A stretch of DNA of 40,786 nucleotides from Bacteroidales bacterium (GCA_024400775.1 JAKSMF010000003.1:1-40786); one strand, 5' to 3'; counted from the first letter of the stretch, positions 26,293 to 37,584 are shown. The notes: generated by a model not told the origin, from the letters alone. Program-made: numbers and translations.

Positions 26293-27720
26293 ATGAAAAA
26301 CAAGTACATTGACCTGATCACGCAGACCTACGAGTTTCCACAGGAAGAGTTTGAGGTTGAAGAAAACGAACTGCATTTTAATGGTGTTCCTTTGATGGAC
26401 ATCATCAAACAGTATGGTACACCACTGAAAATCACCTATTTACCAAAAATATCGCAAAACATCCAGAAGGCGCGCCGCTGGTTTAACGTAGCCATCGCGA
26501 AAGCGGACTATCAAGGTGATTACCATTATTGTTATTGCACCAAGAGTTCGCATTTTGAATTCGTACTGTCGGAAGTTTTGAAAAACGACGTACACATTGA
26601 GACTTCATCTGCGTTCGATTTGAACCTGATTGAGGTTTTGGAAGAACAAAAAATGTTCGACAAAGAGAACTTTATCATTTGCAACGGCTTCAAAAAGCAG
26701 CAATATATCGACAACATTGCCATGGTTTTGGAGAAGGGTTTCGTGAATACGATTCCGGTGATCGACAACATTCATGAGTTCGACATGCTGGACCAGACGG
26801 TGAATACGAAGTGCAAAATCGGCATTCGAATTGCAGCAGAAGAGGAGCCCCGTTTTGAGTTCTACACCTCGCGCCTCGGCATTCGTTACAACGACATCAT
26901 CCCGTTTTACGAACACAAAATCAAAGACAACCCGAAGTTCGAGTTGAAGATGTTGCACTTTTTCATCAACACCGGCATTCAAGACACCGCATATTATTGG
27001 AATGAACTGACGAAGTGCATCAGTTTGTATTGCGATTTGAAGAAGATTTGTCCGGAGTTGGATTCATTAGACATCGGCGGCGGCTTCCCCATCAAGACCT
27101 CGCTCTCGTTTGACTACGATTATGAGTATATGGCGGAAGAAATCGTGGCGCAAATCAAGCAGATATGCAATCGTGAGGGTGTACGCGAGCCAGACATTTT
27201 CACCGAATTTGGTTCTTACACTGTAGGAGAAGCAAGCGCCGTACTTTTCTCCATCCTTCAACAGAAACGACAGAATGACAGAGAGTTATGGGACATGATT
27301 GACAGTTCGTTCATGACCACACTGCCCGACACATGGGCCATTGACCAACAATTCATCATATTAGCGGTCAACAACTGGGACAAGGAATACGAGCGTGTAT
27401 TTCTGGGCGGCCTCACCTGCGACAGCCAAGACTTCTACAATTCCGAGGCCTCGCTGAACGCAGTATTTTTACCCAAAATCCAAGCCAGCCTGCCGACACA
27501 AGAGAAAAACGAATATTTCGACGACGACCCACAATATATCGGTTTATTCAACACGGGAGCCTACCAAGAGTCGATTGGCGGCTACGGCGGTATCCAGCAC
27601 TGCCTCACCCCTGCCCCGAAACACATTATCATCTATCGCGACGAGGAGGGCGAACTCTGCACCAAACTTTTTGCTAAAGAGCAGAGTTACAAGTCGATGC
27701 TGAAAATTTTGGGATACTAA
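26293..27720 (+). CDS. speA: Arginine decarboxylase (fold-type III PLP, short Bacteroidota form)
   Basis: YCYCTKSSH (PLP Lys), ETSS, CNGFK, SRLG, DIGGGFP, TEFG, LTCDSQD and TGAYQE..GG..HCL. Substrate inferred from family. Confidence 0.82.
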   Translation: MKNKYIDLITQTYEFPQEEFEVEENELHFNGVPLMDIIKQYGTPLKITYLPKISQNIQKARRWFNVAIAKADYQGDYHYCYCTKSSHFEFVLSEVLKNDVHIETSSAFDLNLIEVLEEQKMFDKENFIICNGFKKQQYIDNIAMVLEKGFVNTIPVIDNIHEFDMLDQTVNTKCKIGIRIAAEEEPRFEFYTSRLGIRYNDIIPFYEHKIKDNPKFELKMLHFFINTGIQDTAYYWNELTKCISLYCDLKKICPELDSLDIGGGFPIKTSLSFDYDYEYMAEEIVAQIKQICNREGVREPDIFTEFGSYTVGEASAVLFSILQQKRQNDRELWDMIDSSFMTTLPDTWAIDQQFIILAVNNWDKEYERVFLGGLTCDSQDFYNSEASLNAVFLPKIQASLPTQEKNEYFDDDPQYIGLFNTGAYQESIGGYGGIQHCLTPAPKHIIIYRDEEGELCTKLFAKEQSYKSMLKILGY

Positions 27721-27764
27721 AGTCAAGCCAGAATTGTGGTATGGGAGTGTAAGAACAATATAGT

Positions 27765-29675
27765 ATGAATTATCTCACAGTCGAACGATTATCGAAAACC
27801 TACGGCGAAAAACTGCTTTTTGACGACATTACTTTTGGTTTGGAAAAGGGCCAAAAAAGTGCGTTGATTGCGAAAAACGGGACGGGGAAATCCACGTTGT
27901 TAAACATTATTGCCGGCTTGGAGCAGCCAGATGCCGGCCAGGTGGTCGTTCGGAAAGACATCACCGTTTCTTATCTACCACAAATTGACGACTTTGCCGA
28001 TGACTCGTCGGTTTTGGACACTATTTTTGATTCACAATCACCTGATATTCAAGCGATAAAAGAATACGAAACCTGTTTGGCGCTTATGGAAGCCGCACAT
28101 TCGGAGGGGAATGTGACCACGGAATTGGAGGAACGAATGCACCGCGCCATTGAAAATGTGGACCGTTTGCACGCATGGGATTTCGAGAGCAAAGTCAAAG
28201 AGATCCTCTCCAGATTCGGCATTGACAACGTATTTAAAGAAGTCGGATCACTGTCGGGCGGCCAACGTAAGAAGACCGCATTGGCAAAAACGCTCATCGC
28301 CGACACCGATTTACTCATTCTTGACGAGCCAACCAACCATCTCGACATTGAGATGATTGAGTGGATGGAAAACTACTTGTCGCACGCCAACGTCACCCTG
28401 TTAATGGTAACGCACGACCGTCATTTTTTAGACCAAGTCTGCAACGACATTTTCGAAATCGAAAACGGCAACCTTTACCATTATCGTGGCAAATACGACT
28501 ATTATTTGGAGAAAAAAGCGGAGCGCATTACGATAGAGAATGCGGAGCACGACAAGCTCAAACAGTTGTATCTCAAAGAGTTGGAATGGGTTCACACTTC
28601 GCCGCAGGCCCGAACTTCTAAATCGAGAGCCAGAATCCAGGGTTTTGAAGAATTAAAGGAGGCCGTCAGTCGGAAAGTGGAAAAGCAGGCCGACACGTTC
28701 CACGTTGAGCCGGAGCGATTAGGGAACAAAATTTTGGAAATCAACAACTTAGATTTTTCCTACGGAGACCACGTTTTGTTGGATGACTTTTCCTATATAT
28801 TTAAAAGAGGAGAAAAATGCGGCATTGTCGGTCCCAACGGCACAGGCAAATCCACCTTTTTGAAGCTGATTATGGGGTTGTTAAAACCCGACGGCGGCAA
28901 AATTGTAGCGGGACAGACCATCCAGTTCGGTTACTACTCACAAGAGGGAATGCAGATCAAGGGGAACCGGCGCATCATCGACATTGTGAAGGAACAGGCA
29001 GAAGTAATCCGCACAGAAACCGGAAATTACGTAGGCGCTTCGCAATTCCTCAATCATTTTGGCTTTAAGTACGAACAACAGTACACCTATTTTGAGGATT
29101 TGAGTGGTGGTGAGAAGCGAAAACTATACTTACTCATCACGCTCATGCGCAACCCGAACTTCCTTATTTTGGACGAGCCCACCAACGATTTCGACATCGA
29201 CACACTTAACAAACTGGAGGACCTGCTTTATCATTTCAAGGGCTGCATCCTCATTGTTTCGCACGACCGTTGGTTCATGAACAAGTTAGTGGACCATATA
29301 TTCGTCTTCAACGGAAACGGGAAAATCAAAGACTTCTACGGCAACTACACCGACTACAAACTTGCCCATGAGAAGGAGCTTCGTATTGAGAAGAAGGTGG
29401 AGAAATTGCAGAAGCAGTCAGAAGTTAAAGAAGTCAGAGAGACAAAAAAAAGCAATTCTATCTTACTTACATAAAAAGAAAAAAAGGAATTCGAGTCACT
29501 TGAAATAGAAATCGACGAGCTGGAGAAAGAGAAAAAGGATTTATTGGAAAAGATGAATTCCGGCTCCGGAAACAGCGAGGAACTCGTGCAATGGAGCAAT
29601 CGCTACCAAGAAGTCAGCGATTTATTGGACGAAAAGTCAATGCGTTGGCTGGAATTGAGCGAAAAAGAGGGATGA
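27765..29675 (+). CDS. ABC-F family ATPase (Uup-like), interrupted by in-frame TAA at 29472-29474
   Basis: Two ABC cassettes (NGTGKST, LSGGQ, LILDEPTNH; GPNGTGKST, LSGGE, LILDEPTND). The same frame continues 66 aa past the TAA as KEKKEFESLEIEIDELEKEK...RWLELSEKEG*, the ABC-F C-terminal coiled coil. Confidence 0.9.
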
Positions 29676-29753
29676 GAATCATGGCAAAATGTCATGAGAG
29701 TCGTGCGAGAATGACGAGAAACACATTTATAATTTGCAAGCAATTTTTATAGA

Positions 29754-31343
29754 ATGAAGAGATTTTTTTGCACTATTTTAATATTTGCATTAGCAATAAG
29801 TTGTGTTTTTGCGCAGAAAAAAAGCGCAAAAGAGACTGGAAATTACTTCTATAAACGTGGTATAGAATGTATGGAGCAAGAGGATTACGGCAATGCGGTG
29901 AACTATTTCCGTCAAGCAATACAGGAAGACACGTGCAACGGTTACGCACTTTTCTGGCTGGCGGCACTGTTGTCGGACGACCAGCCGGAGTTAGCGCTCT
30001 CCTGCTTTTACAGAGCCGCAAATTTCATTCCCAAGAAGGACAAATACATGCGAGGCAATGCCTATCTGTACTGCGGACATCTGTTCAATGATTACCAAAT
30101 GTACCAATATGCGATGGAGAACTACCAAAGGGCGTTGAAGATCGACAAGCGCAACATATTGATTCACAAGGCAATTGCAGAATTATACGCAACTACGGGT
30201 CAATATGAAGAGGCCGACAAAGCCTACAGAGAGATATTGAAGCGGTCGCCCAACGATATGAATGCGATGCTTGGGTTAGCCTGCAACGCATACCAGCGGA
30301 ACGATTTAGCGGAGGGATTAAAACAGATAGACAAAACCATTGCCTTATATCCTGAATTTTCGGAGGCTTACTCGGCACGAGCCGCCATCTATTTTCAGAC
30401 AAAAGAGCCCGACTTGGCGGCGCAGGATATAGTCACAGCTTTATCGTTGGATGACAACACAAATGCGTACACTTTCATTCGAAATGCACGCGGCAAGGAG
30501 TCGGAGGCTGTGCAACTGGCTCTGCGCAAACGGATTATGCAAGAGCCCAACGAAGGACGTTGGTACTACTACCTGGCTACTGCAGCTGAAAGCAACGGTG
30601 AACTTCAGAAGGCCATCGACAACTACAAGATCGTGGATAGTTTGGAGAAAGAATTTTCCCTAAATGACGCTTTGGCTCGCTGTCACACGGATTTAGGAGA
30701 TTATCCGATGGCGATACACTATGCGACATTAGCGCTATCGGAAGACCCCGACGACGTCTATACACGAATGCGCAGAATGCTATCTTACGATGAACTCGGA
30801 CAGTACGAACTGGCGATACAAGATGCCGACACGCTGGTGGCATTCGTCCCGAATGATGCCCACTTATATTGCAATCGTGCACAGCTCCAGCGCTGGAACG
30901 GGCACTACGAAAAGGCACTTATCGACTACGAAAAAGCCATCGATCTGGACAGCACGATGGCAATGGCATACCAAGGACGTGCGCTCTGTCTGCACGCCCT
31001 GGGACGCGACGACGAAGCTCGCCACGACTTTGTGCTTGCCACGCGCTACGAAAAAGAGCCTGGTGCTGAAGACATTTCGCAAATCGCATACTTTTATCTT
31101 GGCAACCGCAATGAAGCCGTCAAAATACAGGAGCACGTATTAGAGAGCCGCGGACACGACCCCAATGCCCTTTTCACCGCAGTTACGCTATACAGTCTGC
31201 TCGGTGACAACGCGAAAGCGCTGAATTTCTTGAAACAAGCTTTGGACAACGGCTTCCATCGTTATAAACTCATTCGCACCATACCCGAATTGGAGGAGTT
31301 GCGCCAGCTGCCGGAATTTGAAGAGATGATGAAAGCTTTATAA
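29754..31343 (+). CDS. Exported tetratricopeptide repeat protein
   Basis: Signal peptide and repeated TPR patterns (AVNYFRQAI, AMENYQRAL, ALIDYEKAIDLD); C-terminal ALNFLKQALDNGF. Confidence 0.88.
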   Translation: MKRFFCTILIFALAISCVFAQKKSAKETGNYFYKRGIECMEQEDYGNAVNYFRQAIQEDTCNGYALFWLAALLSDDQPELALSCFYRAANFIPKKDKYMRGNAYLYCGHLFNDYQMYQYAMENYQRALKIDKRNILIHKAIAELYATTGQYEEADKAYREILKRSPNDMNAMLGLACNAYQRNDLAEGLKQIDKTIALYPEFSEAYSARAAIYFQTKEPDLAAQDIVTALSLDDNTNAYTFIRNARGKESEAVQLALRKRIMQEPNEGRWYYYLATAAESNGELQKAIDNYKIVDSLEKEFSLNDALARCHTDLGDYPMAIHYATLALSEDPDDVYTRMRRMLSYDELGQYELAIQDADTLVAFVPNDAHLYCNRAQLQRWNGHYEKALIDYEKAIDLDSTMAMAYQGRALCLHALGRDDEARHDFVLATRYEKEPGAEDISQIAYFYLGNRNEAVKIQEHVLESRGHDPNALFTAVTLYSLLGDNAKALNFLKQALDNGFHRYKLIRTIPELEELRQLPEFEEMMKAL

Positions 31344-31344
31344 A

Positions 31345-31521
31345 TTGAAAGTTGAAAATTGAAAATTAGTTTATAAGTTTGTAAGGTTTATAAAGTCGAA
31401 GGCGAGTGGGCCTCAGTCTTTCACCTTACTGCCTCCTGCTTTCTACTTACCACGCAATTCCGTTTCCGCGAGCCAAAGCAGTACGGCAAAATTCCTCTTT
31501 CCTAATTCCTCTTTCCTAATT
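31345..31521 (+). repeat. Composite intergenic repeat block
   Basis: (TTGAAA[A/G])x3 at 31345-31365, GTTT[A/G]TAA x3 at 31369-31393, a pyrimidine-rich tract at ~31420-31453, and AATTCCTCTTTCCT x2 at 31490-31517. Confidence 0.8.
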
Positions 31522-31586
31522 TCAGACAGTTCACATTTCACGAAAAAAATATTGTCAATGAACATTGTCCTTTGCTAATTGTTTCG

Positions 31587-31594
31587 TATTTTTG
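31587..31594 (+). promoter_or_regulatory. -7 box (TATTTTTG) for tig-clpP-clpX
   Basis: TATTTTTGCA about 35 nt upstream of the tig ATG. Confidence 0.7.
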
Positions 31595-31628
31595 CAGCCG
31601 CAAATTTTAAACGTTTAAAAATATAATA

Positions 31629-33092
31629 ATGAACATTCAGAACGAAAAAAAAGGTGAACAGCTCCAAATCGTCACCATCGAGATCTGCAAGGAAGATTAC
31701 ACAGAAAATGTAGAGAAAGCATTAAAGAAACAGCGCCGCGTGGCACAGGTTCCCGGTTTCCGCCCCGGTAACGCTCCGATGCCGCTGATTAAAAAAGCAT
31801 ACGAAAAGTCATTCATCGCCGACGAAGTGAACCGTATCATGTACGACGAATTGAACAAATTCGTGCACGAAAACAAACTTGATGTTTTGGGCGAACCTCT
31901 GCCGATTGACGATAAAACCGTCGTTGACTTCGAACATCCCGAAAAATTCGTCTTCACTTTCGAAATCGCAAATCAGAAGCCTTTCGAAATCGACTACAGC
32001 AAACTTCCGGAAATCACCAACTATGAAATTTCCGCTTCCGACGAAGAAATCGATGCCTTCATCGAAGACCTTCGCAAACGTCACGGCCAATACACCGCTC
32101 CCGACACCATTTCCGACGAAGACTTTGTCACCGTTGAATTTGGCGAAAACAACAACGGCAACTTCTACGCCAACGACCTGAGCGAAGCCGGCAAGAAACT
32201 CTTCATCAACAAAAACAAAAACGAAGTCATCACCGCCGACGTGAACACGATTTTCGACGACGACAACAAGTTGGCTACCTTCCTCAAGACCACTCCGGAA
32301 ATGTTGGACAAAAGCCAGCCGAACAACATGGAAATGACCGTTAAGTACATTGGTCATTTGACACCTGCCGAATTAAATGACGACTTCTTCAAGAAAGCAT
32401 ATCCTGACGGCAGCGTTACCACTGAAGCACAGCTTCGCGAAGTCGCTGCAACCAAGATTGCTGCCGAATACACTCAGCACAGCCAGCGCAAATTCATGAA
32501 CGACGCTATCGGTGCTCTCGTTGACAATGTTAAAGTTGAACTTCCCGAAGAATTCCTCCGTCGCTACATCCTTTATGCTCAGAGCGATATGACCGAAGAA
32601 AAACTCAACGAAGAGTTCGACAAATACCTCAACTCCTTCAAATGGCAGCTCATCGAAAACAAGCTGACGAAGGACAACGACATTAAAGTAACCGACGAAG
32701 ACGTAAAACAGTACGTCCGTAAATTCTTCTTGGACAACTACTTCGCACAATTCAATCCGGAAGATGTCGCTGAACGCGTTGACGCACTGGCAGCCGACAC
32801 GTTGAAGAATAAGGAAACCGTAAAGAACATTTACGACCAGCTGTTTGACGATGCCATTGGCAAGGCTTTGTTGAAGAACATGAAGACCACCACCAAGAAG
32901 ATGACCTTCAAGGAATTCGCCGACGAGCTTTACGGCATCAAAGAAGATGGCGAAAAGAAAGAAGAAAAGAAAGCCAAGGCCAAGAAGGCACCTGCAAAAA
33001 AAGTAGCTAAAGAAGAGACTCCTGCTGCTGAAGAAAAAAAATGCAAAAAGGCCCCTGCCAAAGCTAAAAAATCAACCCCTAAAGCAGAATAA
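31629..33092 (+). CDS. tig: Trigger factor
   Basis: Ribosome-binding signature VPGFRPGNAP, LGEPLP and LPEEFLRR; upstream of clpP-clpX. Confidence 0.95.
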   Translation: MNIQNEKKGEQLQIVTIEICKEDYTENVEKALKKQRRVAQVPGFRPGNAPMPLIKKAYEKSFIADEVNRIMYDELNKFVHENKLDVLGEPLPIDDKTVVDFEHPEKFVFTFEIANQKPFEIDYSKLPEITNYEISASDEEIDAFIEDLRKRHGQYTAPDTISDEDFVTVEFGENNNGNFYANDLSEAGKKLFINKNKNEVITADVNTIFDDDNKLATFLKTTPEMLDKSQPNNMEMTVKYIGHLTPAELNDDFFKKAYPDGSVTTEAQLREVAATKIAAEYTQHSQRKFMNDAIGALVDNVKVELPEEFLRRYILYAQSDMTEEKLNEEFDKYLNSFKWQLIENKLTKDNDIKVTDEDVKQYVRKFFLDNYFAQFNPEDVAERVDALAADTLKNKETVKNIYDQLFDDAIGKALLKNMKTTTKKMTFKEFADELYGIKEDGEKKEEKKAKAKKAPAKKVAKEETPAAEEKKCKKAPAKAKKSTPKAE

Positions 33093-33095
33093 TTC

Positions 33096-33761
33096 ATGAA
33101 CGACTTCAGAAACTACGCCGTTAAGCATCACGGCATTTCCAGTCTTCACGTGGACAACTACATGTCAGCCGTGAGCGACTACCTTACGCCTTACATCATC
33201 GAAGAACGCCCGATGAACATTACGCAATTGGACGTATTCTCCCGCTTGATGAAGGACCGCATCATCTTTTTAGGTGTGCCGATTGACGACGACGTAGCCA
33301 ACATCATCGAAGCTCAGTTGTTGTTTTTGGAATCCCAGGATTCCGACCGCGACATCCAGATTTATCTGAATTCTCCTGGCGGCTACGTACATGCTGGTTT
33401 GGGCATTTACGACACGATGCAGTACATCAAGCCCGACGTTTCCACCATCTGCACCGGTATGGCAGCCTCCATGGCAGCCGTATTGTTGTGTGCCGGAGCA
33501 AAAGGAAAACGTTTTGCCCTCCCCCACTCCCGCGTGATGATTCACCAACCGCTGGGCGGCGCTCAAGGCCAGGCTTCTGACATCGAAATCGAAGCCAGAG
33601 AGATTCAGAAACTCAAGAAAGAGCTTTATGAAATCATTGCCAACCACTCTGGTAAAGATTACGACCAGGTGTGGAAAGACTGCGACCGCAACTATTGGAT
33701 GATTGCATCCGAAGCCAAGGAATACGGTATGATCGACGAAGTGCTCGGTAAAACCAGATAA
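33096..33761 (+). CDS. clpP: ATP-dependent Clp protease proteolytic subunit
   Basis: [38 protein letters not shown] and DRNYWM. Confidence 0.98.
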   Translation: MNDFRNYAVKHHGISSLHVDNYMSAVSDYLTPYIIEERPMNITQLDVFSRLMKDRIIFLGVPIDDDVANIIEAQLLFLESQDSDRDIQIYLNSPGGYVHAGLGIYDTMQYIKPDVSTICTGMAASMAAVLLCAGAKGKRFALPHSRVMIHQPLGGAQGQASDIEIEAREIQKLKKELYEIIANHSGKDYDQVWKDCDRNYWMIASEAKEYGMIDEVLGKTR

Positions 33762-33762
33762 C

Positions 33763-34992
33763 ATGGCTAAGCGTTCAAAGTCAGAATCTTATTGCGACTT
33801 TTGCGGGCAGGCGGCATCCCCGACCCGCCCGCTCATTTTTGGTCTTACAGGCTGTATTTGCGAAGACTGCGCCCGCGCCGCATACGACCTCGTTAAAGAG
33901 CAGCATCCTTCTGTAAAAAAAGATGCCGACTTCAAAGTCAACTTGATGAAGCCGTCCGAAATCAAAGCCAAATTGGACGAATACGTCATCGGGCAAGACG
34001 AGGCGAAGCGCGTGATTTCTGTCGCAGTTTATAACCACTACAAACGCATTATGTACGCCCAACAAAACACGGATGATGTGGAAATCGAGAAATCCAACAT
34101 CATCATGGTGGGCGAGACCGGAACCGGCAAAACTTTGATTGCCAAGACAATAGCAAAATTGCTGGATGTCCCGTTCTGCATTGCCGATGCAACCGTCTTC
34201 ACGCAGGCAGGCTATGTGGGCGAAGATGTCGAAAGCATTCTCACTCGCTTGCTGCAAGCCGCCGACTATGACGTTGCCAAAGCGGAACGTGGTATCGTCT
34301 TCATTGACGAAATCGACAAAATTGCGCGCAAAGGAGCTGAAAATCCGTCTATTACGCGCGATGTATCGGGCGAAGGCGTACAGCAGTCGTTGTTGAAACT
34401 GTTAGAAGGCTCGAAAGTCAACGTCCCTCCGCAGGGCGGCCGCAAACATCCGGAGCAGCAGTTCATCCAAGTCGATACACAAAACATTCTGTTTATCGGT
34501 TCCGGAGCGTTTAACAGTTTGGACAAGATAATTTCCGAGCGAATGCAGACGCACGTCATCGGCTTCAACGCAAAAAACCGTCAAATTGACCAAAACAACA
34601 TTTTACAATATGTATCCGCCATCGACATCAAGACTTTTGGTCTGATTCCCGAACTGTGCGGACGTTTTCCGGTCATCACGCACCTTGACAGTTTGGATGC
34701 CGCTGCGTTGAAGAACATTCTCATTCAGCCGAAAAACGCATTAGTGAAACAATATATTAAGCTGTTTGAGCTTGATGGCATTAAACTTGTTTTCGACGAT
34801 GACGCCATCGACTATATCGTAGAGAAGGCCGTGGAATTGAAACTCGGCGCCCGCGGCCTACGCTCCATTGTCGAAAAAATCATGACTAACGCGATGTATG
34901 AATTTCCGAGTTCGGACAAAAAGCGCATGAACATTACAAAAAAATATGCGCAAGAACAGTTCGAACAGTCGATCTACAAATTCTTAAACTGA
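33763..34992 (+). CDS. clpX: ATP-dependent Clp protease ATP-binding subunit
   Basis: Zinc finger CDFC...[51 protein letters not shown] and GARGLR. Confidence 0.98.
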   Translation: MAKRSKSESYCDFCGQAASPTRPLIFGLTGCICEDCARAAYDLVKEQHPSVKKDADFKVNLMKPSEIKAKLDEYVIGQDEAKRVISVAVYNHYKRIMYAQQNTDDVEIEKSNIIMVGETGTGKTLIAKTIAKLLDVPFCIADATVFTQAGYVGEDVESILTRLLQAADYDVAKAERGIVFIDEIDKIARKGAENPSITRDVSGEGVQQSLLKLLEGSKVNVPPQGGRKHPEQQFIQVDTQNILFIGSGAFNSLDKIISERMQTHVIGFNAKNRQIDQNNILQYVSAIDIKTFGLIPELCGRFPVITHLDSLDAAALKNILIQPKNALVKQYIKLFELDGIKLVFDDDAIDYIVEKAVELKLGARGLRSIVEKIMTNAMYEFPSSDKKRMNITKKYAQEQFEQSIYKFLN

Positions 34993-35019
34993 CGAATTTC
35001 TGATCATAATTTTTGAAAA

Positions 35020-36690
35020 ATGAATAAGAAAAATTTCCTGGTTATGTTTGCCATCTTATTGATGACAAACATTTTGTTTTCTCAAAATGTCACTATTGAT
35101 GTCACCTTGTTGAACAACAGCGACAAAAATGTGGATTTGAAACTGGCATACGGGAAGGACAATCCGACGTTGGCCAGCGCAGCCATCACGAACGACCATT
35201 TCGTCATCCAAACAACCGTGGAAGCATCTGACTTATACGCACTTACATTCCCATCCAAACAGAATTTCCTGCTTTGTCTGAATCCGGGCGACAAGGTCAA
35301 ACTGACATTGGATGCGTCCAATATGCAGAGTGTTCCGGAAGCCAGCGGTTCTAATTCCGTCGTCTTCACAAAGAAACTGACCGACATGTTCGTGTCGCGC
35401 CAGCACGTGCTTGATAGCTTGAACCACATGGTACAGAATAATTCCGACCAGAAATATTTCGTCAATTTCCTTAACGTCTTCCAACCTTACAACCAAGCCA
35501 ATGCGAATGTGGCTGACGACATCAAGGCAGCGATTGAGAAAAACGACACCTTGCTGGCGTTGAATGCCAAATACGCGCCGAAAAACGCAGTTGACAAGAA
35601 ATCGGCAGATGCGTATATGACGGCTGCAGTTAAGGAATTGAAGGTTTTCAAAAACTACTTTGCCTCTTATCGTAATTTCGCCACAAACGTAGCGACAACC
35701 GTCAACATAGCCGCATTAGGCCGCATCGCCGGCTTTGATGATTTCTTCATCACAAAAGATGCCTACATTTCAACGACTGACGATCACACCGCATCAATCG
35801 AGTCATTGTTTAACAATTATATGGAAAAAGTCGATGCGATTTTGACCGACTACGACAATCAGTTTTATGACGGCGGCTTGGACAACAACAAGAACAAAAT
35901 CAACTTCTGCAATCGAATTGTCACCATGGTTAACGAATACGGTTCACGTTTGGCTGCGGCCAAAGAGGAGATGACGGTTTCTTCCAACATCGTGAAAACC
36001 ATGGGCGAAAAATTGTTTACAATGGCGCAAAACAATGTGCAACAGATTGTTGCCGGATACCAGCAACAATTTGACGCCTACAACGAAAAAGTCAGCAAAG
36101 AAGCACACGATTTGATGTTAGCGAACAAAGAGGAGCTGGCGACACTGATGTTTTTGGATAACTTCGCACAAGATAAAACGTTACAAGCTGACATTGTAAA
36201 GGCGTTACACGAAAAATACCCGAACCACACGCTGGTTGCGGAACGCTGGAACAAGATGAACAGCGCGACCGTCGGCAACATCGCTCCCGAACTTGCCTTC
36301 AACGATCCGGAAGGCAAGACGCGCAAACTCTCCGACCTGCGCGGCAAAGTGGTGTTGTTGGACTTTTGGGCTTCGTGGTGCGGACCGTGCCGCAAGGAAA
36401 ATCCGCATGTCGTAGCGATGTATCACAAATATCACGACAAAGGATTTGAGATTTTTAGCGTTTCGTTAGACAAAGACAAGAACGCCTGGAAAGGTGCCAT
36501 CGCCAAAGACGGTTTGGTATGGCCCAACCACGTCAGCGACCTCAACGGCTGGGCTTCCGCGGCGGCCAAAATCTATGGCGTAAACTCCATCCCCTGCACC
36601 TTCCTGCTTGACCGTGAAGGACATATCTTGGCAAGAGGCCTGCGCGGACAAGACCTGAGCAACGCTCTCCAACAAATTTTCGGCGAATAA
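35020..36690 (+). CDS. TlpA/AhpC-TSA family thiol-disulfide oxidoreductase, exported
   Basis: Signal peptide; C-terminal LRGKVVLLDFWASWCGPCRKENP, SVSLD and YGVNSIP. Confidence 0.9.
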   Translation: MNKKNFLVMFAILLMTNILFSQNVTIDVTLLNNSDKNVDLKLAYGKDNPTLASAAITNDHFVIQTTVEASDLYALTFPSKQNFLLCLNPGDKVKLTLDASNMQSVPEASGSNSVVFTKKLTDMFVSRQHVLDSLNHMVQNNSDQKYFVNFLNVFQPYNQANANVADDIKAAIEKNDTLLALNAKYAPKNAVDKKSADAYMTAAVKELKVFKNYFASYRNFATNVATTVNIAALGRIAGFDDFFITKDAYISTTDDHTASIESLFNNYMEKVDAILTDYDNQFYDGGLDNNKNKINFCNRIVTMVNEYGSRLAAAKEEMTVSSNIVKTMGEKLFTMAQNNVQQIVAGYQQQFDAYNEKVSKEAHDLMLANKEELATLMFLDNFAQDKTLQADIVKALHEKYPNHTLVAERWNKMNSATVGNIAPELAFNDPEGKTRKLSDLRGKVVLLDFWASWCGPCRKENPHVVAMYHKYHDKGFEIFSVSLDKDKNAWKGAIAKDGLVWPNHVSDLNGWASAAAKIYGVNSIPCTFLLDREGHILARGLRGQDLSNALQQIFGE

Positions 36691-36698
36691 ATGTAACG

Positions 36699-37547
36699 AT
36701 GAAAAAAGCGACCATCTTCTTGATCCTTTTTTCAATCTTCGGTTTTATTACAGCGCAATCCACTGATAATCAGTTGCAAACAATAAAAACCGTAAAGGGG
36801 AATGCTTTGTCGGCAGATCCCAACGGCAACCTATACGTCGTTGACGGCCCGCTCCTCTACAAATTTGATTCAGAAGGCCGTTTCTTGCACAAATACAGCA
36901 ATTTTCTCTGGGGCGACATCACCTCGATTGATGTTGACAATCCCTTGAAAATCATGGTTTTTTATAAAAACGAATCTCAGATTTTGTTTTTGGATAAAAA
37001 TCTCATCCCGTTGATGGAACCGCTGGATTTGTATGCTAACAATTTCAAAAACATACAGTTAGCGACCTATTCAACCGACAACACCATTTGGCTGTACGAT
37101 GCTGTTTTGCAGGATTTAATCAACGTGAATTTCCAATTGAAAGAGCTCTCGCGCAACCACCTTTCAATGGGGAATTTCAATCCCACACAATTTTTCTCCA
37201 TAAAAGAAAAACAATTAATCATGTTCAATCCGGCGACGGGCGTAGTATTTTTCGACGCATTCGGAACCTACCTCAAAACCATTGCGTTGCCGACAGAATG
37301 TCCCCGAATCAGCATGGATGCCAATAGCACCTATTTATACTTCATAAAATCCGCAACTAACTCTACAACAGACACTAACGACACTTCGCGAACTCAATTT
37401 ATGTATTATGACTACTTGATTATGGATGCCCATCAGATCTGTGAATTGGAGAATGCGGGAAGCACATCCGCACCTCTTTTTTCAAAAAACAATGTATGGT
37501 ATATCGACACGGGGGCGCGAATTCAAAAAATAGAATTTATAGAATAA
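36699..37547 (+). CDS. Exported hypothetical protein, beta-propeller-like
   Basis: Signal peptide; repeated beta motifs (ADPNGNLYVV, GDITSIDVDNPLKI, FFDAFGTYLKT). Confidence 0.75.
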   Translation: MKKATIFLILFSIFGFITAQSTDNQLQTIKTVKGNALSADPNGNLYVVDGPLLYKFDSEGRFLHKYSNFLWGDITSIDVDNPLKIMVFYKNESQILFLDKNLIPLMEPLDLYANNFKNIQLATYSTDNTIWLYDAVLQDLINVNFQLKELSRNHLSMGNFNPTQFFSIKEKQLIMFNPATGVVFFDAFGTYLKTIALPTECPRISMDANSTYLYFIKSATNSTTDTNDTSRTQFMYYDYLIMDAHQICELENAGSTSAPLFSKNNVWYIDTGARIQKIEFIE

Positions 37548-37584
37548 AATACTGATTTTCACGTTTTAACGTTATTATTTAATA

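Noticed and set aside
29472-29474. Genome-wide reassignment of TAA to an amino acid
   Set aside because: TAA terminates rpmD, buk, kamA, clpP, gldK/L/M/N and others at their expected C-termini; only one internal case was seen.
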